Program-made: the position numbers and the translations under genes
Assembly (NCBI GenBank): GCA_951406725.2
Contig: OX597832.1
Coordinates: 13,516,001 to 13,580,000 of the forward strand
Direction: 5' to 3'
DNA length: 64,000 nt
DNA from: Octopus vulgaris
Lineage: Eukaryota
Shown: positions 26,757 through 40,682 of the stretch, one piece after another
Position numbering within the stretch: the first letter of the stretch is position 1
Layout: each line of letters begins with the position of its first letter
Notes under the pieces: generated by a model
What the model saw: only the letters and a program-made list of their open reading frames with translations
Databases searched by the model: none
Told to the model about the DNA's origin: nothing

Positions 26757-27412
26757 GTATGTATGTATGATTATGTATGCATGTACCTATTTATGTATGT
26801 ATATATCTATATTTCTATATATTTAACCGCAGTAGTAATGAGGTGTTCGATCAGATTAAGTTTTCTCCAATAAGGAAGTTGTATAATTACAATATATACA
26901 AAGGTGTACACTGAGGTAAATGTTGGAATGTGAATGACCTACAGATGACAAATGTGAAGAACTTCTATCCAATGCATACCAATAAGAGAGACCCATAAGT
27001 CTGTAAATTCATCAAGAAAGCAGGAAAAGTGTCCTGAAGCAAACAAGAATTGGTCATTAATCAAGTTTCAAACCGTTACAGCAAAACAGATTCCCGGTGA
27101 CAAATGTATGCATAATATAATGTGAATTCAATTTCCTTTGTAATCTTTTTCTGTTAATTTTCTCACTTACCCTCTTTCTTTCTCTCTTTCGCGTTATTTC
27201 CCTATGTATCTTTCTGTATTTGAAGAACTAATTATTGTGCATTATTATCTTCCCCCTCATCTGCCGACATACGGATATCAATAGACAGCCACGTACATGT
27301 ACACATACACGTAGACGCACTCATACAAGTACACGCATTTATACATATATTGAACTGAAATACACATCTACACCTCAGAAACGCTCAATCGAAATCAGAA
27401 ACTAGAGATACT

Positions 27413-27640
27413 ATTCTTTTACTTCTTTTAGTCATTTGACTGCTGCCGTGCTGGGGCACCACCTTTTAGTCGAACAAATTGACCCCAGGACTTATCCTTT
27501 GTAATCCTATTGCTTATCCTATTGGTGTTTTACGACGAATCGCTAAATTTCGTGGACGTAAACACACCAACATCGGTTGTCGAGCAATGATGTGGAGAAA
27601 CATAGAAACAGACACAAAAAGACAAAGACACACACACATA
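27413..27640 (-). mobile_element. SINE-A 3' half, diverged
   Basis: agtcatttgactgc..ccgtgctggggcacc...ggacgtaaacacaccaacatcggttgtc. Confidence 0.85.
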
Positions 27641-27719
27641 CACGAACATACATGCGCACATACATATTACAGTATAGGTGAGGATACACAAACCTCAAAC
27701 GGATTTGCAAGCCAATTTT

Positions 27720-27921
27720 GATTAGATTTGATAATAAATAGTAGGGTTATAATGACATTTGTAATATTTTCGATATTACTATGGTATATGCCGACTCTGC
27801 CCAAGTCACTGATTTAGTCGGAATTCACATGCTATCAACAACATAATATTCCCTGAAATTATTGGTCGTATTTATCGAGACGATACTCTTCTTGCTATTA
27901 AAAATTCTACTCCTAGACAAC
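27720..27921 (+). pseudogene. Penelope-like RT fragment (YRDD region)
   Basis: YADSAQVTDLVGIHML...GRIYRDDTLLAIKNSTPRQL. Confidence 0.8.
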
Positions 27922-28900
27922 TAGGGACAATAGAAATTAGGAGAGACAACCTCCAAGGAGACTGCTTCTCGACACTGATCTTTCTGCTGTGCATGATACC
28001 ACTTACAGTGATTCTGCGGAAAGCAGTGGCTGAGTATGTATTCAAAAGCCGACTCAAAAAGTTAACCAACAAAAACCCAACCACTTGTTATTCATGGATG
28101 ACCTGAAACTTTATGGTAAAGATGAACCCCAAAGCAGTTACCTTGTTGATACGGTATATACTTTCTGGGTTGTTATCAGAATGGAGTTCGGACTGAAAAA
28201 GTGTGCTGTGTGAGACTTGAATAGAGGAAAAATCGAATGTATGGACGTGCTAGCCATACCGTCAGGGGTGGCTCTGCAGCAGATAGAAGAGACGGGTTAT
28301 AAGCACTTGGGGATATTGGAAATAGATAACTTGATGGAGAAAGAAATGGTAGAAAAATTTAAGGTGGAGCGTATGCGCAGACTAACCCCGACACTTAAGT
28401 CGAAATTAAACTGATGGAATGACACTGAAGCTATCAAATCCTGGGTGGTTTCACTCCTCATATATGGAGCAGGTGTAATAGCATGGAGATTAGACGAGCT
28501 AGATACATGATACTCCACCGTGAAAGTGACACAGACAGTATTTACCAAGAAAAAGAGTGGGTAGAGGAATGATTTGAAGCCATCACAGCATTAGAGCAAA
28601 TGAAAACAACATAGCAGAGGAAGTAAAAATTCCACTGAAGCAGTATTATTGTAGGATGGAAGATTGCAAAGATAAAGCACTATACAAGTACTTGAGAATG
28701 AATGAAACTGAAAATAGCTGGATAAAGACAAGAATGTATGAATAATTTCATAGGTGTGTTCAAGACCAGACAGACAGAGAATGAAGATAGCTATGGATGA
28801 CTAAATGTGATTTTGAACCGGAAATGGAGGCTCTAATCTGCGCTGCCCAAAAGCAAGCACTAAGAACGAATTACTTCAAATAGAGAACAGACACTACACC
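27922..28900 (+). pseudogene. R4/Dong-like LINE RT and C-terminal region, decayed
   Basis: IRRDNLQGDCFSTLIFLLCMIPLT; NHLLFMDDLKLYGKDE; MEFGLKKCAV; GYKHLGILE; AIKSW...YGAGVIAW; EALICAAQKQALRTNY. Confidence 0.9.
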
Positions 28901-29150
28901 AGAATTTAAAACCCACGTCTTTATCCACTTAAATATATTTAAGGATAGGAAAATGATGAACTCACCTGGTCGAAGTAAATTCATATGTAATGTTAATGAT
29001 ACGAAAATAGATATTAAAATTGACTGGAATACTATTAACCATGCTCTATCTAATAGTATCGCAAACCAGAAATGTGAGTTATGCACTGTAGTTGTATATG
29101 AAATATTTATTTCAGGTCAATTTCTTTTGAACATACATTCTGAAATGTGA
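28901..29150 (+). pseudogene. Penelope-like GIY-YIG endonuclease C-terminal fragment
   Basis: EFKTHVFIHLNIFKDRKMMNS..SKFI...IDWNTI...KCELC..YEIF...LLNIHSE resembles FKTR..NH..SF...ST.LSK.IW..IKW.I...C.LC..EK..I...LLN.RSE. Confidence 0.8.
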
Positions 29151-29604
29151 GTAAATTCCTGTTTACAAAACGTAAGTATATAAATATGATATCATTAGTA
29201 TTAACGAATACTAAATGTGATTGATTTTTCAATGTATTTATTAAGTTGATATTAATATATAATTTATATATATCTAGTATTAATATTTATATAGATGTTA
29301 TAAATTAGATACAGGATAGTCATTATATCGAATATATCATTTTTAATTATTCAGTTAATGGACATTCATGGCTATAAATATGTAATATGTACAATACTTT
29401 ATTAGGTTTGTATATTTATAAATTATATAGTGGAACATCATAACTTATTTTAACTATTTTTATTATATATCTAAATTGTTTTATATATATTTATGTATAT
29501 AATTATGTGTTCCTGTTTGTACATGTATTTATTCAGCAATTTATTTATTCATATATAAGTTTTTTTAGACGCATGTGAAGTCTTATCCGTTTAAATGTAT
29601 ATAT

Positions 29605-29701
<97 letters not shown>

Positions 29702-29964
29702 GGCATATGATATATATATATATATATATATATACAAACCGATAGAAATCTCTAAAAAATTCGTTTTTAGAGATTTCTATCGCTTTGTTTCGAGACGCAT
29801 ACATTTATTGGTTATCGAAAATTTTTTGTTTTCGGCGTATCTGGCATTAGAATTTTTCTTCTGCCCTTATCTCGTAAATTATGTATAAAGTTTACCTTTA
29901 AAGGCATTTTTTGACATGCTGGCCATTGATAAAATTTTTTCCCGAAAACAATGTTATCCTATAT

Positions 29965-30016
<52 letters not shown>

Positions 30017-30266
30017 ATGTGTATATATATATATAAATATATATATATGTATGTATATATATATATATATATACTTATATATATATATGTATACATATGA
30101 GTTTTTTGTGGAGGTATCTATTTATATGTATAAATGCAAATGATGCAGGTATAGGTGTATACATGTATATGTTTCTATATTTGTATATGAATAGGTGAAT
30201 GTATATGTTTGTATTAATACGTGTGTCCTTATATATATTGATATTATATATATATATGCATACATA

Positions 30267-30329
<63 letters not shown>

Positions 30330-31489
30330 ATTTGTGTATGCATGGGTATATAAATAAATATTTTTTCAACCAATTGTTATATAGTTTAAATAATGTATTT
30401 AATGACTAATACAATTTTCATTTAATTTTCTTCTTTGTTCTTCATCTATGTACGATATACATATAGATGTGTGTCTCTGCGTATGATTATTTATGCTTAT
30501 ATATACACATGTATGTATGTATGTGTGTGTGTGTAAGTGCACGTATGTTTAGGATTATGTATATATAAGTGTGTGTGTGGATATATATGCAGAATAATAC
30601 GTATATATAGGCGTATATAAATGACTTTTTTACATTTAAAAACTACGTATAAGAACATTTTTATACATTAATTATCTTCTATCTAATCTTCATTTATCAT
30701 AAACTTCGCTTTATAATTGGCCATATTTTCCTCTACATGTAACATTTTCCTTCTATCTGAATCTTTCCACGGTAGCACATATGTACATAAATTGGCATAT
30801 TTTGTGTTTTTCTACATTCTCACTTAATATTTCCTCCTAAATCTTTCTAAATATCGTAGTATGACTTAAATCTTCATATATTCTTCCTTTATCTTTAAAT
30901 TTATTGATAATTTTAATTAATTTAATTAATTTAGTAAATTAGCCATGCTTAGTTTTATATCGGTGTATATATACATATATATATATGTATGTGTGTGTGT
31001 GTGTGTGCGTGGGTGTGTGGGGGTTGGGTGGGGGTGGTGTATGTGTGTGTTGCGTGTGTGTACAACTGTATATGTATATATATATATATAAAATACTTCA
31101 TGATTTCACTTCTCTACTCCCATATTTTAATAGTCTTCTCTTGTTTTGTTTTTTATATATCACCATTTATCATTATTTGCATGGATATGTGTGCATAAAT
31201 GATATTTATATTAATTTATCAGAGTAACTATTTTTTCATAATTTTATATAGTTTTATATTTAAGTATTAAATTTAATGGTACACTGTAATTTTCCTGTTT
31301 GCTTTTTTAATGATATTATTATGTTATATATAAATTTATTTGTATGTTTTTCCCTGATGATATTCTGGCTTACAATTAAATTAAATTAATTTAAATTGCT
31401 TTCAAGGTATAAGCGAAAAATTGAAACAATTGTAGGTCTTGTCATTGTATCGTTAATTTTTCATTATTCTTTCCTACATCTCTCTTGGT

Positions 31490-31534
<45 letters not shown>

Positions 31535-31536
<2 letters not shown>

Positions 31537-31690
31537 GACGGGGTTCTTTCAGTTTCCTTCTACTCACAAGGCTTTGGTCGGCTCGATGATATAGTAGAAA
31601 ACGCTAGCCCAAGCTTCCACGCAGTGGGACTGAACTAGGAACCCTGTGATTGGGAAGCAAGCTTCTCACCACACAGCCATTTCTGTGCCT
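31535..31690 (-). mobile_element. SINE-A 5' half, diverged
   Basis: acgacggg.ttctttcagtttcc...gcagtgggactgaac...accacacagcca. Confidence 0.85.
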
Positions 31691-31700
31691 ATAACCCACT

Positions 31701-31803
<103 letters not shown>

Positions 31804-31959
31804 TACATACATATCAGAGAGATGACCAGTACGTGGACATCTATTATGCTAGAGGTAGACCCATATTGTATGACCACCAAGAGCTGATTGTTCTGAAGAA
31901 AATTCAGCAAACGCCAGAACGTAAGTGAGCAAGTTAAATGAAAAGATACAAAATATAAA

Positions 31960-32176
31960 GATTAATCAGAATCCCGGCCAAAATGTGGTGCGTTTTGAGG
32001 TCAAAATTTTCATTTTTCAACTTGGCATACCATTTACGAGCGGTTGTTTCATCTATGGCATCCTCTCGTTACCCAGCACAAACGTCGCAGACAGCTTTTG
32101 CGGCCTTAGAACCTTGATTAAAAGCAAAAAGAAGAAGGTGTCGGAAATACTCGTGTTTCTTAACTTGACATTCCAT
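31960..32176 (-). pseudogene. Mariner transposase N-terminal HTH fragment
   Basis: ATG at 32176: MECQVKKHEYFRHLLLFAFNQGSKAAKAVCDVCAG*REDAIDETTARKWYAKLKNENFDLK, a typical mariner N-terminus with an internal stop. Confidence 0.88.
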
Positions 32177-33109
32177 TTTAATGAACTGAAAATAAACAAA
32201 AATTGACTAAAATTAACTAGAAAAAAAATAAGATTCCAAAATTATTCAAATATAGGATTCTCGAAAACAAAAAAAACAAATAGATTCCAAAATTTTAAAA
32301 CGCAATGAATTCCAAAATTTATACAAAACGGTGGGAACTTAGATGTCAACCCAAAGTTCATTTTCTTACATAATTAACCTAGAAGATTTTGGATTCTGTG
32401 GAATAGCTTGGTGAGATTACTAAGTTTGCTCGGTCACATAGTTTTGAGCAATTCTGTTAAATACATTTTATACATACATCGCAGTTTCAGATAAATGAAA
32501 TAAGATGCTTCAGTGTTTCTTAATAGCTTAATTTCACTTATATTTATTACATTGCAAAGATGAAAAAAAAAACCTATATCAATTTCTAATTGCTGAAACA
32601 ACGAATATTTAATAAGACATCTTTGTGGATATATTTCAAAGAAAATGCAGCGGCATTTTCAAGGAGATATCACAACAGCAAAATAAGATAACGTAGATTA
32701 TTTTGAAATTTCACTGATAATCGCTGACATCAAAATATCGTAAGTAATTTGCAGTGAATGGAACAGTGAAAAATCACCCAGATTTAATGGCAAAATTTAA
32801 AATACAGAGCTAGACGGACATTAAAAACGATTTCAAAGAGAGACGAGTAGAAAGATTACTGGTAGTGCTATGGTAAGTAATCGAATTTTGGTTAGAAGAT
32901 ATTGGTGATTTCAACGAAGATTGGATAGGTAAATTGATGGTGATGGTTATGATTCAGATGACGTCACCAAAGAGGATAACAATTATTATAGTAAAATATT
33001 ATAATTTGAACCGTTAAAATCATAGGCATTACCGCAGATGTAATGAATGAATCGTGTAAAGATACTTCAATTTTATATATGTAGATATTGATACATACAT
33101 AAACACATA

Positions 33110-33523
33110 GGCGTAGGAGTGACTGTGTGGTAAGTAGCTTGCTAACCAGCCACATGGATCCGGATTCAGTCCCACTACGTGGCATCTTGGGCAAGTGTCT
33201 TCTGCTATAGCCTCGGGCCGACCAATGCCTTGTGAGTGGATTTGGTAGACGGAAACTGAAAGAAGCCTGTCGTATATATGTATATATATATATATGCGTG
33301 TGTGTGTATATGTTTGTGTGTCTGTGTTTGTCCCCCTAGCATTGCTTGAAACCGATGCTGGTGTGTTTACGTCCCCGTCACTTAGCGGTTCGGCAAAAGA
33401 GACCGATAGAATAAGTACTGGGCTTACAAAGAATAAGTCCCGGGGTCGATTTGCTCGACTAAAGGCGGTGCTCCAGCATGGCCGCTTTTAAATGACTGAA
33501 ACAAGTAAAAGAGAAAAAGAGTA
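33110..33523 (+). mobile_element. SINE family A, full length
   Basis: Near-consensus. Confidence 0.95.
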
Positions 33524-33860
33524 TACAAACACACATATATAGGTGTGTGCGCGTGAGAGTGATCGAACATATTTTATATACCAATGGATATATGTATATA
33601 TGTTGTATGTATAGGTATTTACACACACACACACAGACAAACACACACACACACACACATATATGTATATATATGTGTGTGTGTGTTTATATATATACAT
33701 ACATGTATGTATATATATCTACATAGTTTATTAACGAATGTCTTACATCCTGGTATTCGCAAGATTTCATGTTCATGTACTTTCACACGTTTGAAAACGG
33801 CCTAATTTCACCAATGTAATCTGGGCTTGCATTATTTATATTGTGTACTAGAGAATGTTA

Positions 33861-33927
<67 letters not shown>

Positions 33928-35014
33928 GTATATAATTTATTGGTTTGTATATGTAAGTATATATATATATTTATATGGATATACTTATATTCATACGTAA
34001 ATGTATATGTAGAGTGACGTATATATAAGCGTATATGTATATGTGTGTATGGGTTTCTGTGTCTTTGTGGATATACCTAACCATGCACACATTAACATAT
34101 ATGCAGATCGAGATCTTCATAGAAAAATAGAGGGAAAGAATATGTGTATGTGTGTGTGTGAGAGAAAGAGAGAGAGAGAGAGAGAGACCGAGAGAGAGAG
34201 GGAGGGAGAGAGAGAAAGTGGGAGACAGAGAAATGATAAGGGTGAGGAAGTGAGAAAATGAAAGAGAAAGGGACACACAAACAAGCACAGAACGTGTTTT
34301 TAGAATGATGAATAGGTTATATTCATAGAAAGATTTTATTTTCAAGTAAAATTGAGAGAATGAGTGAAAGCTAGAGGAAGAGAGAGTGCGATAAAGCGAG
34401 AGAGAGAGAGAAATGGAGATCGATAGATAGCTAGATAGAGAGAGAGATGGGGAAGAGAAAGAGAGATAAAGAAAGCAAAATATATTGATTGACAGAGACA
34501 TAGAATCGCTGAGAGAAGTATTACAGCCATTATTTTTTGAAATCTACTTCGGCCATAATATAAAATGTTAATGCGTTACGTTACAGAATATCCATTTAAA
34601 ATATGTATATGCAATAAATATATTAAAATTACTTCCACATTCCCTTATAATCCTTTAATGTTTAATATTTTGGCTGAATGAATATATATATTCACCATAA
34701 AAATCGAAAGTAGTCATTATTTGAATAGTTTCCTATGGTTTATAACAGTTTTAATATCGGTGCTGCGCCAGTTATCATTGTAATCTGCGTGTAAAGCGTA
34801 ATTGCAATTCAGATATGTGTTTTAAACACATACACATACGCACACATATACACAGCACGCATACGCACGCACACACGTGTGCTCCCACATTCATATATAT
34901 GTACGTACATACATACACTCATACTCTCTGACATATTTATATGCTTGTACACACACACACACATATATATATGTATATATATTCACACAAATATAATGCA
35001 TTCTTATATACATG

Positions 35015-35127
<113 letters not shown>

Positions 35128-36767
35128 TGTGGAGGGATGCATTGAATATTAGTCTCTATGTTATGAAGCATTTTGAAACTGAGTTAAAGAGTTTTAGAAT
35201 GTCATTTCAAAATATAGAAGTGAAAACGAGATAAAAACAAAAGATTAGAATTTTACTTGTCAGTGGTTAAAAAGCATTAATCAAGAGAAAATGGAAATAG
35301 AGCTGCGATATAATCCGAAGGGATATGTAGGAATGGTTGGTGTGACATGTCTAGATTAGTGGTATTAATTCAGCCAATTTATTTCAGAGCGACTCTTGTC
35401 AGTTTCTAATGGTAGGACTTAATTATTGTCAGAGGAATATCCAACGCAATCCTTAAATTTTCAATATTCCTTTTTTGTTCTGCAAATGCTGACCATGATA
35501 TTCTCCTTATGACATCTCACGATATGTTGTTAATCGTTCCCTCAGTCCATCTAAACCAGATGCATACCTAAATTATCTAGAATTAAACATTCAACCTCTG
35601 ATAAATTACCCGAAGAGAGAATTTCAGTACTTCAGTTCTTCAATTATTAATTCTTCAAATTATGATTCTTACATCTTTTTGAACATGCATATATCAATCT
35701 TCAGGCACAATGGAAGACTTTGACTCACTTAGAAGAACTATTTTTATGACCCAGTGTTCCAGCATCTACGTAAGTATGTTATATGAAATCGTCACCAATA
35801 CTATACATTAGAATACGTAATTAATACTAACTAAGGCAGATTTGTAACGATACGGTATTATCAGTAAAATTGAACAAGACCTCATCAGAAAAATGTAAAC
35901 CCTTCACTTTCCCTTTCTCATTAAGACGTAGAATGACGAAATCATAGCTTTCGAAAATAAAAATGCCTGTAATATTAAATATCCTGTTTTATGTCCAAAC
36001 GCGCCAAAGATATTCCCTTACCATTCCCTGACACATCAATAGTTCTAATGATGTTTCATTAACAGAATGAATCATTAAAATCACTAGACTAAAACAACAT
36101 AGATATTATTTCAGCCAAGATCATCTAAACCTATAGATCACTGCCCACCTTCCCTCTCGTCTAATGAGAGACAGCGTCATTTATAATAACGACTAATAAC
36201 TCCTAAACATTACTTAAATTTCGAATATATCATATTCAAGAGACATCACATACATACAAAATTTTGGAATGTATTTCTATTAATTACTGCATCAATTGCA
36301 TTTGTTTTCATTAGACATTTTAAATATCATACTTTTGTTAACTTTTCGTGAGAACGCAGGCAGGATAAATAGAGTTTTCAATTATTACAGCGAAAACATA
36401 GATACATAGCAAAATTAGATAAACAATTGGCTCCGAATTGTTCATATTCTGTTCCGTTTTGTATAAAAATAAGCTAAATATAAGACGAAATTATAAAGTT
36501 AATGATCATGGTAATAGTATATCATCAGAAAGGCCATAGCAAAATGGGCATCTCAAATATGATGGGCATGAAATATAAAGCCATATCAATTCCGCAATGG
36601 ACTGAAGGATATATTTCCTGTCCTTTTCAAACAGCCTTAAACGTCAACAAAATTGTATATCTGAAAAATACCATATTCCTACCAACAGATATTGAACTCT
36701 TTGTCTAACGTCCATATACTCACAGATCTTGCACCTTTCTTTTTCTCTCTCTCTCACACTCTCTCTG

Positions 36768-36870
<103 letters not shown>

Positions 36871-37287
36871 CTCTCTGTAAATCTGTCTCAATACCTCTGT
36901 TTCTGCCACTCTATCTCTCCACCCAATTATCTCCTTAATTATTCGTGCAGGTAACTCACGCAAACACACACCTTTATTTATATATACATATGTGTGTGTA
37001 CATACAAATGTATACAAGTACGTACACATATGCTCTCACATACGAATTAAATTGACATAGGGTTTTAAAACATCAATTAGTGTAAAATATATGCTGTATT
37101 CTTAAACCGTTAAAGAATACTGAAGCACATGTGCAGTAGTAACGCATTTAATTATATATAATTAAAAATACATTTGATGTGATAACAGTATCAAGAACAT
37201 TTGGTGCATGAAAATGTTTGAGAGATACATACGATTATCCATCCATCCATCCACCCATCTTTCCATCCAAATATATATGTACCTGTG

Positions 37288-37415
<128 letters not shown>

Positions 37416-38319
37416 CATTATATTTGTATACGTGGATACATGCATACATACGTATAATAGTCATAAATAATGGACTTCAAATATTATTATTGTTTATAGA
37501 CTTACAGCTGTTTCAGATATATATCGCATATACACTTACACATATGTGTGCACAAACACACTCACATATACACACATACATAAACACACATACAAACACA
37601 CACAGTCACATATACACACACATACACGCACACATGCACATGTATATATATATATATATATTACGCTACTAGCGAATGTATTTATACTCAAGAACGTATA
37701 CATATTCTGTATTTCTGTTTGGTATATGTGCGTTTGTGAATAGATGTTTTCTTTAATTAATGTGTATTATATTCAGCATATTTTCCTAATAAACATTTTC
37801 CTAATGAATATATCTCTATAAATTCTTACCTTCATACCACTAACTCATTTAATTCTATATTTTATTAGTAGCTTCTAACGTTATTTTATTTGTTTATCTT
37901 TTCGCGTACGAGCAATTATTTCTCCCTTCTTTTCCCCATCAATTGTTATGCTTCCTTGTTTTATTTCTTCTCTTTGTGTAATGATTTTAATTGAATTTTT
38001 CTCTATTTTATTTTGATTCGTAAAACCATTATTTTAACAATCACACACTTTGGACACGACACAATATTCATATCCTTAACTAAATAGTCTAAACATGATG
38101 AAAAGAGTCACCTGTATTCAAACGTAAATATTTACTCATGCTATTGTTTATAATGCAACCACGTTCAAACAACAGAGCTAAATATATATTCTCACATATT
38201 TGAAAATTTTCATACGTTTCCCATAAAAGAATTCCAAACCATAATGTAATACAGTGATATATATACACATACATATATACAACTCTCTCTCTCTCTCTCT
38301 GTCTCTCTCCCTGTCTCCC

Positions 38320-38432
<113 letters not shown>

Positions 38433-38554
38433 ATAAACACACACAAACACACACACAAACACACACATATATATGTGAGTATGTGTGCGTGTATTCGTGT
38501 GTACATATTTATATGTGTTTGCGTGTGTATATATATATATATATATGCATATAA

Positions 38555-38647
<93 letters not shown>

Positions 38648-38673
38648 GCGATAGATAGAAAGATAGATAGACA

Positions 38674-39419
38674 CCAGTCTGAGTACCCGACATTCCTAGG
38701 AAGTTTAAAGGATATCAAAATAAATAGAATTTCAGAAAATGTTAAAACAAATCTTAAACTTATTCACTGTTTAATTTTGCAGGGCTTCTAAATATACAAT
38801 GTTTTCAGTGTGTCCTTGAATTGGAGAACAAAGAAAAAGAATTTTGGGACTTCCAGCTTGCGATGATCCTACATATAACTGCCCATGGGAGTAGCAAGGA
38901 GAAGTTAGGTTAAGTCCAAGAAGCTTGAGAGATTGTGCTCGAGATTCGTTTATGGACATAGCTAAACTTAGCTTCATTGGGAATGGGAGCCGTTTAAATT
39001 CATACGGGAGGCCAGATAGGATTAATGTTATCCGTTGAATGAAGTCTTAGGCACCCTTATATTTCCTAAGAGAAAGGAAATTTTTTGATAAGGATTACAA
39101 CTTTTGTGTCATTATCACGATTAAAATGCGTGTATTTTTACTTTAACAAAAAGAGGTGTGGTCGTAGACGTATACTCTTTACTCTATCTTACTCTTTTTA
39201 ATTATTTCAGTCATTTGACTGTGACCATGCTGGAGCACTGCCTTTAGTCGAGCAAATCGTCCCAAGGACTTATTCTTTGTAAGCCTAGTACTTATTCTAT
39301 GGGTCTCTTTTGCTGAACTGGGGACGTTACGAGTACGTAAACACACCAGCATGCTGGGGGACAAACACAGACACAAAAACATAGACACACATACATATAT
39401 ATGCATATATATATATATA

Positions 39420-39460
<41 letters not shown>

Positions 39461-39490
39461 TTATATATATTATATATATACATATGCTTA

Positions 39491-39528
<38 letters not shown>

Positions 39529-39953
39529 GACGGGCTTCTTTCAGTTTCCGTCTACCAAATCCACTCACAAGGTTTTGGTCGGCCCGAGGCTATAGTAGAA
39601 GTCACTTGCCCAAGATGCCACGCAGTGGGACTGAACCCGGAGCCATGTGGATGGTAAGCAAGTTACTCACCACACGGTCACTCCTACGCCAATATAACGG
39701 AGAATTAATCAGAATCGTTTACCTTTAAAGCGAAAAAACAAAACCGAAGAATACGACAGGTATATAAAACATATTTCTGTTTTTGAAAAAAACATTTAAG
39801 TTTAGCCCTCACCCTCGAAACTTCTCCGAGTAATGAAAAATTTTCATTCCAAATGTGATACAGATTGATTCAGTGTTTTTGCCGTGCATAGAGGAAACAG
39901 AGACGCACACACAACAGAAAAGAAACACATATGCAGGCAGTAAATTTTATAGA
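38674..39953 (-). mobile_element. Internally deleted Helitron carrying the PIF1-helicase C-terminus, with SINE-A inserted
   Basis: RITLILSGLPYEFKRLPFPMKLSLAMSINESRAQSL..LGLNLTSPCYSHGQLYVG..TENIVYLEAL (helicase motifs V-VI); 3' end ...gtcgggtactcagaCTGG|T at 38674; candidate 5' A|TC at 39953. Confidence 0.8.
39174..39690 (-). mobile_element. SINE family A with expanded internal (TA)n
   Basis: Full head and tail. Confidence 0.93.
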
Positions 39954-40479
39954 TATCGTTCTTACGCACGGCAGGTAGAAAAAAAGAGGTATATCACTCT
40001 AACAATGGATAAAATAATGTAGGTAACTCATTTTCTATTTCAACTTTTCATGGCATAGAAAAGATTAAGAGTGGAGTGAGTAACACACAAACCTGCGTTG
40101 TTCCTTGGCAGAACAATAGGCCGTATGGCTAGGGGAAATTGTAGATTCGATTTCGTATCTGAGATAGGACCAATATCCAAGCAGAAAGAGTCACATCGAA
40201 TTCAAATATGAAATATTGAGTGTACTCTTGCTGATTTTATTAGGTCCATTCCGCGAACAATTATTTGAATAGCTCATGTCGATATCTCTAACTTAGGTCA
40301 CGGGAATATTGAACTTTTAAACTTTTAATGTTAATTGTATAACTTGAAAGATATCCTACAGTGTAAAGCGTGTAAGCGTATGAAGACCTTTCGATATTTA
40401 GAAACCTTACTGTTTCTTTTTCTTTAAACATCTTGTTTCATTATCACAGTTAAAAAGAGTTTCAGAATTGTTTAGAGAC

Positions 40480-40640
40480 AGAATTTCCAGACAGCTATAT
40501 TTTGTACAGATTCACCCAGCGGTTTAGCAGTGCATAGAGGAAACACACAAGCGCGCGCGCACACACACACACACACATACACACAGAGACACACACACAC
40601 GCATACACACGTACACACAGTGAAGTTTATAAGAAATCAT
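40480..40640 (-). mobile_element. Second Helitron 5'-end-like segment
   Basis: tacagatt...gtgcatagaggaaaca + (CA)n, shared with 39858-39953. Confidence 0.5.
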
Positions 40641-40641
40641 A

Positions 40642-40682
<41 letters not shown>

